A stretch of 64,000 nt of DNA from the NCBI GenBank assembly GCA_963666835.2, contig CAXXGO010000003.1:544001-608000 (forward strand). The letters run 5' to 3'. This DNA is from Phycisphaerae bacterium. Lineage in GTDB: Bacteria; Planctomycetota; Phycisphaerae; UBA1845. Made by a program: the position numbers and the translations under genes. Positions 59,445 to 64,000 of this stretch are shown one piece after another. The notes under the pieces are model-generated. The model worked only from the letters and a program-made list of their open reading frames with translations. It searched no databases and was not told the origin of the DNA. The first letter of the stretch is position 1; each line of letters starts with the position of its first letter.

Positions 59445-61493
59445 ATGTCACGCCTCGCTACAGTACTTACGCTGGTTATCGTTCTGACCGTCATCGGCCC
59501 CGCCGGTGCTCGGGAGATTCTGGTCGATGCGTCCGCCACGAGCGCGACACCCGACGGCGAGACCTGGTGCAGCGCCTATCTCTACCTCCAGGACGCCCTG
59601 GCCATCGCTACCGCCGGCGATGTGATCCGGGTGGCGAACGGCGTGTACAAGCCCGACGAGGGTGCGGGGCAAACCCCCGGCGACCGCGAGGCTACCTTCC
59701 AGCTTGTGGACGCGGTCGAGATGTACGGCGGCTACGCCGGCTGCGGGGCCGCCGACCCCGACGAACGCGACATCACCCTCTACGAGTCCATCCTGAGTGG
59801 TGATCTGAACGAGGACGATTACACCGGCGGAGAAGCGAGCAATTGCTGCTACGCGCATGACACCCCCGGCTGCGATGAGCCAGCCTGCGAGGCGGCGATC
59901 TGCGCCGCAGACCCGGCTAATTCCTACTGCTGCGACGAGCGCTGGGACGAGTTCTGCGCCAACGAGATTCAGTTCGAGTGCCCCGGCCTGTGTGATGCTG
60001 AGTTGTCTGATAATAGCTACCACGTGGTAACTGGAAGCGAAACGACCTCGACAAGTGTCCTCGACGGCTTCACGGTTTGCGCGGGCGCCGGCGGTCCGGG
60101 CCATCCGACAGAGCCTGGCATTGAAGTCGGCGCCGGGATGTACAACCGCCTTGGCCACCCCTCCATCCGCAACTGCCTATTCAGAGATAACTTCGTCCAT
60201 GGTTGGGGTGGCGGAATGTACAACTATCAGAGCAGCCCTACCATCGCCGGGTGCCGCTTCGTCGCCAACAGGACGGATGGGGGCGCAGGAATGGGCGTGA
60301 TGAATGAGGGCGGAAGCAGCCCGACGCTCATCGACTGCGTCTTCCATGCAAACTGGAGTGGGGGCATCTCGTTTGGCGGGGGAATCGCAAACCTCGAGGG
60401 CTCCAACCCGCTCCTGCTAGATTGTCTGTTTTCCAGGAACCACGCTTATATTGGAGGCGCCCTGATCAGTGATTCAGACTGTGCGCCCGTTGTCATCGGC
60501 TCACGGTTCGTTGGCAACTCAGCGGTATCTGGGGGCGCCGTCTTCAACGTAAACTTGAGCGAACTGCTCCTCATGAACTGCGCGATGTGGGCAAACACCG
60601 CGGAAAACGGCGGAGCATTAAGGAACGTTAGCGCGGCCGTTTACATGGCAAACTGCACCGTGAGCGGGAATGTCGCCTCGGAGCAGGGTGGTGGCATCTA
60701 CAACAACACCAGCCAGACTAGCGGGCTCGCTCCGGTCACGCTTGCCAACACGATCATCTGGGGCAACAGCGACAGCAGCGGATCGGGCGCGTCCGCTCAG
60801 ATCGTCGACGACCAAGCCGCCACCACTGCGGAGCACAGCTGCATCCAAGGCGGCTGGGCGGGAACCGGCAACATCGCCGCCGATCCGCTCTTCATGGATG
60901 CTGACGGCCCGGACGGCATACCCGGTACCGAAGACGATGACCTGCGTTTGCGGCCCGGGTCGCCGTGCATCGACGCGGGTAACAACGACGCCGTGCCGCT
61001 GGACGACTACGACCTCGATGACGACGGTGACACCGCCGAGCCGATCCCGTTCGATCTGGCATGGCTGGCCCGGTTCCTGGACGACCCCGGCACGGCCGAT
61101 ACCGGCAACGCCGGTACGCTCGGCGGACCGATCGTCGATATGGGCGCCTACGAGGCCTTCGATGACTGCAACGGTAACGACGTTGCCGACTGGACGGAAA
61201 CGGACTCCGACGGTGACGGCCTCATCGACGCCTGCGACGCCTGCCCGTTCGACGAACACAAGATCGAGCCGGGTATATGCGGCTGCGGCGAGAGTGATAC
61301 CGACGATACCGACGGCGACGGCGTTCTAGATTGCATCGACATCTGCCCCGGCGCAGACGATGCCGTCTTCGCCCCCGAATGCCAAGCGGCTATCCCCACC
61401 GTCTCCGCATGGGGCCTGGTCGTATTGACGCTGCTGCTAATGACCCTCAGCAAACTGGCCTTCTCAACCCGCAGGAGCCCGCAGCCCAAGTAG
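59445..61493 (+). CDS. Secreted right-handed beta-helix protein with TSP3-like repeats and IPTL-CTERM sorting tail
   Basis: LQDAL...IRVANGVYKP; GGGMYN..SSPTI..C.F..N repeats; LRPGSPCIDAG; VDMGAYE; C-terminus AIPTVSAWGLVVLTLLLM...RR. Confidence 0.9.
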   Translation: MSRLATVLTLVIVLTVIGPAGAREILVDASATSATPDGETWCSAYLYLQDALAIATAGDVIRVANGVYKPDEGAGQTPGDREATFQLVDAVEMYGGYAGCGAADPDERDITLYESILSGDLNEDDYTGGEASNCCYAHDTPGCDEPACEAAICAADPANSYCCDERWDEFCANEIQFECPGLCDAELSDNSYHVVTGSETTSTSVLDGFTVCAGAGGPGHPTEPGIEVGAGMYNRLGHPSIRNCLFRDNFVHGWGGGMYNYQSSPTIAGCRFVANRTDGGAGMGVMNEGGSSPTLIDCVFHANWSGGISFGGGIANLEGSNPLLLDCLFSRNHAYIGGALISDSDCAPVVIGSRFVGNSAVSGGAVFNVNLSELLLMNCAMWANTAENGGALRNVSAAVYMANCTVSGNVASEQGGGIYNNTSQTSGLAPVTLANTIIWGNSDSSGSGASAQIVDDQAATTAEHSCIQGGWAGTGNIAADPLFMDADGPDGIPGTEDDDLRLRPGSPCIDAGNNDAVPLDDYDLDDDGDTAEPIPFDLAWLARFLDDPGTADTGNAGTLGGPIVDMGAYEAFDDCNGNDVADWTETDSDGDGLIDACDACPFDEHKIEPGICGCGESDTDDTDGDGVLDCIDICPGADDAVFAPECQAAIPTVSAWGLVVLTLLLMTLSKLAFSTRRSPQPK

Positions 61494-61518
61494 GGCAGGT
61501 CGAGCCACGAGACCTGCC
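61490..61518 (+). repeat. GTAG-family REP unit overlapping the upstream stop codon
   Basis: GTAGGGCAGGTCGAGCCACGAGACCTGCC; the same unit recurs at 61682 and 62821. Confidence 0.75.
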
Positions 61519-61557
61519 ACAAGAAAGCGCGTCGCGCGAAGGCCGCGTGGCGATTCA

Positions 61558-61773
61558 AGCCCGTAGGGGCCGCTGTGCGGACCATTTGGTTCACGGGCCT
61601 GCCGCAGCTTGGTCCGGCCGAGCGGACCGCACGCGCTCCACGGGTCAACAAGTTGTCCCATGCTACCCCTATGCTACCATCGTAGGGCAGGTCGAGGCAC
61701 GAGACCTGCCGCAACCTCTGCGCGACATGCGCCTTCGTGGCAGGTCTCATGCCTCGACCATGCCCTACGTTCT
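61558..61773 (+). repeat. ~216-bp direct repeat, copy 1 (contains inverted REP pair 61682..61768)
   Basis: Near-identical to 62696..62912; GTAGGGCAGG...GCCCTAC REPIN architecture. Confidence 0.9.
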
Positions 61774-61922
61774 TGCATCCATAAGAACTCTCCAGCCTCT
61801 TCGGCCAAGGTCAGTACCATTGCGTACGGCGGACCCTACCTGCTTGCATGACCCGCCCCCGCTGAGTATGATAGTGGTTCACGATCTGGTCGAATTCATG
61901 TTCCGTAGTCTGTGGAGGTAGT

Positions 61923-62696
61923 ATGAGCATAGAGCCACACAAGAGCCCTCCGACGGTTCCAAGTCCGTCGGTGTTTCCTTCACAATGTCCAATCTGCGAT
62001 CGCGCTATCACGAAACTCCGCAAGACGAGAATGCTCAACGAGACGCTGGTGTGCAAGAAGTGCTGCTACAAGTTCGCCAACCGCCGGCAACTTGCGTTCC
62101 TGATTGACTGGCTGGGGTTTTTCGTATTGTCCGCTTTGCTTCTTGCAGCCGTGGAAGCATTCCTTCCTATATCATTGGCGGGTATGGGTTCGGATTCGGT
62201 GTTCCTCGGCCTCACCGGCTTCGACGGGCCGTTGGGCTTCTTGTCGTTTTGGGTCTTGCCGATGTTCTTTTATTGCAAGGACGGATTCAGCGGCATGTCA
62301 CTTGGCAAGTGGCTGACCGGCGTGCAGGTCGTCGATAAGGACACGCGCGAGCCGGTCAGCTTCAGACAGAGCTTCAAGCGAAATCTCCCGTTTCAGATCC
62401 CATTCTTTGTCATCGCAGGCGTGTTGACCATGATCAAGGGGCGACGTTGGGGTGACGGGTGGGCCAATACGGTAGTGATCTGGCGCAAGCACGCATTCAA
62501 GACGCCGTTCGATCCGCGCGGTCTGCGTTGTACCGGTTGTGGATACAACTTGACGGGCAATGTCTCAGGTCGCTGTCCGGAATGTGGCATGCCCGTACCG
62601 GGGACAATCAAAACAGGCACAGATAAACCAGGCGAGACGAACACACTTGCCCATGCACCGGACGACGGGTTCACGAGCCATCACGGCGGGGGCTGA
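61923..62696 (+). CDS. RDD-family membrane protein with N- and C-terminal zinc ribbons
   Basis: RRQLAFLIDW, GMSLGKWLTGVQVV, SFKRN, RRWGDGWANTVV; CPIC..CKKC; CTGCGYNLTGNVSGRCPECG. Confidence 0.9.
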   Translation: MSIEPHKSPPTVPSPSVFPSQCPICDRAITKLRKTRMLNETLVCKKCCYKFANRRQLAFLIDWLGFFVLSALLLAAVEAFLPISLAGMGSDSVFLGLTGFDGPLGFLSFWVLPMFFYCKDGFSGMSLGKWLTGVQVVDKDTREPVSFRQSFKRNLPFQIPFFVIAGVLTMIKGRRWGDGWANTVVIWRKHAFKTPFDPRGLRCTGCGYNLTGNVSGRCPECGMPVPGTIKTGTDKPGETNTLAHAPDDGFTSHHGGG

Positions 62697-62912
62697 GCCC
62701 GTGGGGTCCGCTGTGCGGACCATTTGGTTCACGAGCCCGCCGCAGTTTGGTCCGGCCGAGCGGACCGCACGCGCTCCACGGGTCAACAAGTCGACCCATG
62801 CCACCCGTATGGCACCCTCTGTAGGGCAGGTCGAGGTGCGAGGCCTGCCGCAACCTCTGCGCGACACGCGCCTTCGTGGCAGGTCTCGTGCCTCGACCAT
62901 GCCCTACGTTCT
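62696..62912 (+). repeat. ~217-bp direct repeat, copy 2 (contains inverted REP pair 62821..62907)
   Basis: Near-identical to 61558..61773; a partial third copy lies at about 63527..63555. Confidence 0.9.
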
Positions 62913-63820
62913 GCCATCGAGGCCGCAATAGTCCGAGTCGCACGAATATGTGCCAACCGCGCGGCCCGCGGGTCCAGCCTGCCAGGGCGGCAGATCTGCC
63001 TAGCCCGCGGCGCGAGCCGCGGGATCGCGTCGCACGTCAACCCAAGCCCCGCCAGGGGCGGCACTTCGACGCCCGCATGGGTCCCGGTCATGGGCAACGT
63101 GCTCCCGTTATGATGGTGAATCATCGCCGTCCGGTCCAAACCTCGATGTCCTGTGCCGCCCGCAAGCTTCCACCCGGGGGCGGTGGCCGCTGCGCGGCCT
63201 TGCCCCCGGCTACTATCTTGCAGGCTTTCCGCCTCAAGACCGAGCCGGCCTGCAGCTTGTCAGGCTGGGGAATGCGTCGCCGCAGAGTCGGACGGATACG
63301 CTTCGCTCGCCCGGCAAAGATGTGTAGAGCAACGAGGGCTACACCGTGGGGCTAAATGACCTTTCGCCCCGAGGGGCCTTGCTTACGGCACGGTCGACAA
63401 ACGAGGCCTACCCTCGAGGGTGGCATGGAAAAACGTAGCTCGCGCAATACACTCTCCCGTGCGTCTGGAGATTACGCTTCAGGCATGGACGCTTGCAGCT
63501 TGCCCGTGGGTGTCCGCGCCGTGGCACGCTCCACGGGTCAACAAGTTGCCCCATGACACCTTGGTGGCATCCCGCGTGCGTCTTTGCGCAGCACGGGTTC
63601 TTGTGGCAGTTCGAGTCCCCCCCCCGCTAAAGCGATGGGCCACCCGTCCTACCGAGCTGCTCAGGCGATGCCACCGCCACGACCCTCTCGATTACGCACA
63701 CGGATCATCGGCTCCCCCGGGTCCGACGTGTCTTACTCCGAGAATCCTCAATGGATCGGAACACGCGCCAAACCTAAAAGGACCCGGGCCACCCATCCGT
63801 TCCGTAGTTGCGCCGCGCGT

Positions 63821-64000
63821 CTACTTGACCAGCGCGGCGTTTACCCAGTCGAAGCGGTCCTGCAGGTCTCCGTTCTTTCCAAAACCTACGACAAGCTCAA
63901 GACGCTGAGCCCCCGCGACACTCCAGCGATGTGGACCGTGGAGGGCACCGCGGCGAATACTCGGCTGCTCGAACACGACTTTGCCGTCCACGAAAACAGA
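63821..64000 (-). CDS. 3' end of an NPCBM/NEW2-domain protein (partial)
   Basis: Manual translation SVFVDGKVVFEQPSIRRG...SVAGAQRLELVVGFGKNGDLQDRFDWVNAALVK*. Confidence 0.7.
   Translation of the reverse strand, partial: SVFVDGKVVFEQPSIRRGALHGPHRWSVAGAQRLELVVGFGKNGDLQDRFDWVNAALVK

Noticed and set aside
61490..63560. CRISPR array
   Set aside because: Repeats are long, palindromic, irregularly spaced and partly inverted, with no unique equal-length spacers and no cas genes
63600..63650. tRNA-like GTTCGAGTCCC motif
   Set aside because: No acceptor, D or anticodon stems can be built around it; it is part of the repeat mosaic

Overview
GC-rich chromosomal segment, most likely from a planctomycete of class Phycisphaerae. 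This is inferred from the prepilin/H-X9-DG proteins, the ECF sigma + Ser/Thr kinase module, dockerin-like-tailed secreted proteins, CxxCGYxL...CPECG zinc-ribbon membrane proteins and an IPTL-CTERM protein. It holds about 40 CDS, one tRNA-Thr(CGT) and several REP/REPIN-like repeats. I see no CRISPR array, prophage or transposase. Housekeeping genes: dtd, sixA, yggS, trmB, smpB (frameshifted), an SNF2 helicase and an ABC exporter. Best leads: (1) a tandem pair of secreted proteins whose core aligns by eye to the lysyl-oxidase fold, where the long copy keeps the LTQ-forming Lys and Tyr at the same 35-residue spacing as human LOX and the short copy has lost both; (2) a four-unit, 11-bp-periodic Pho-box-like array upstream of a prepilin gene and a 1200-aa PstS/DING-like surface protein; (3) an arginine synthetase (ArcE-type) gene clustered with arcC, arcB/argF and rocD; (4) two Lys/Arg-rich membrane-anchored paralogs, each with its own ECF-type promoter, upstream of an ABC exporter; (5) an HzsA-like gene at the left edge that the ORF track missed; (6) an RDD gene flanked by ~216-bp REP-containing direct repeats. 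All family calls come from motif reading by eye, not database searches.
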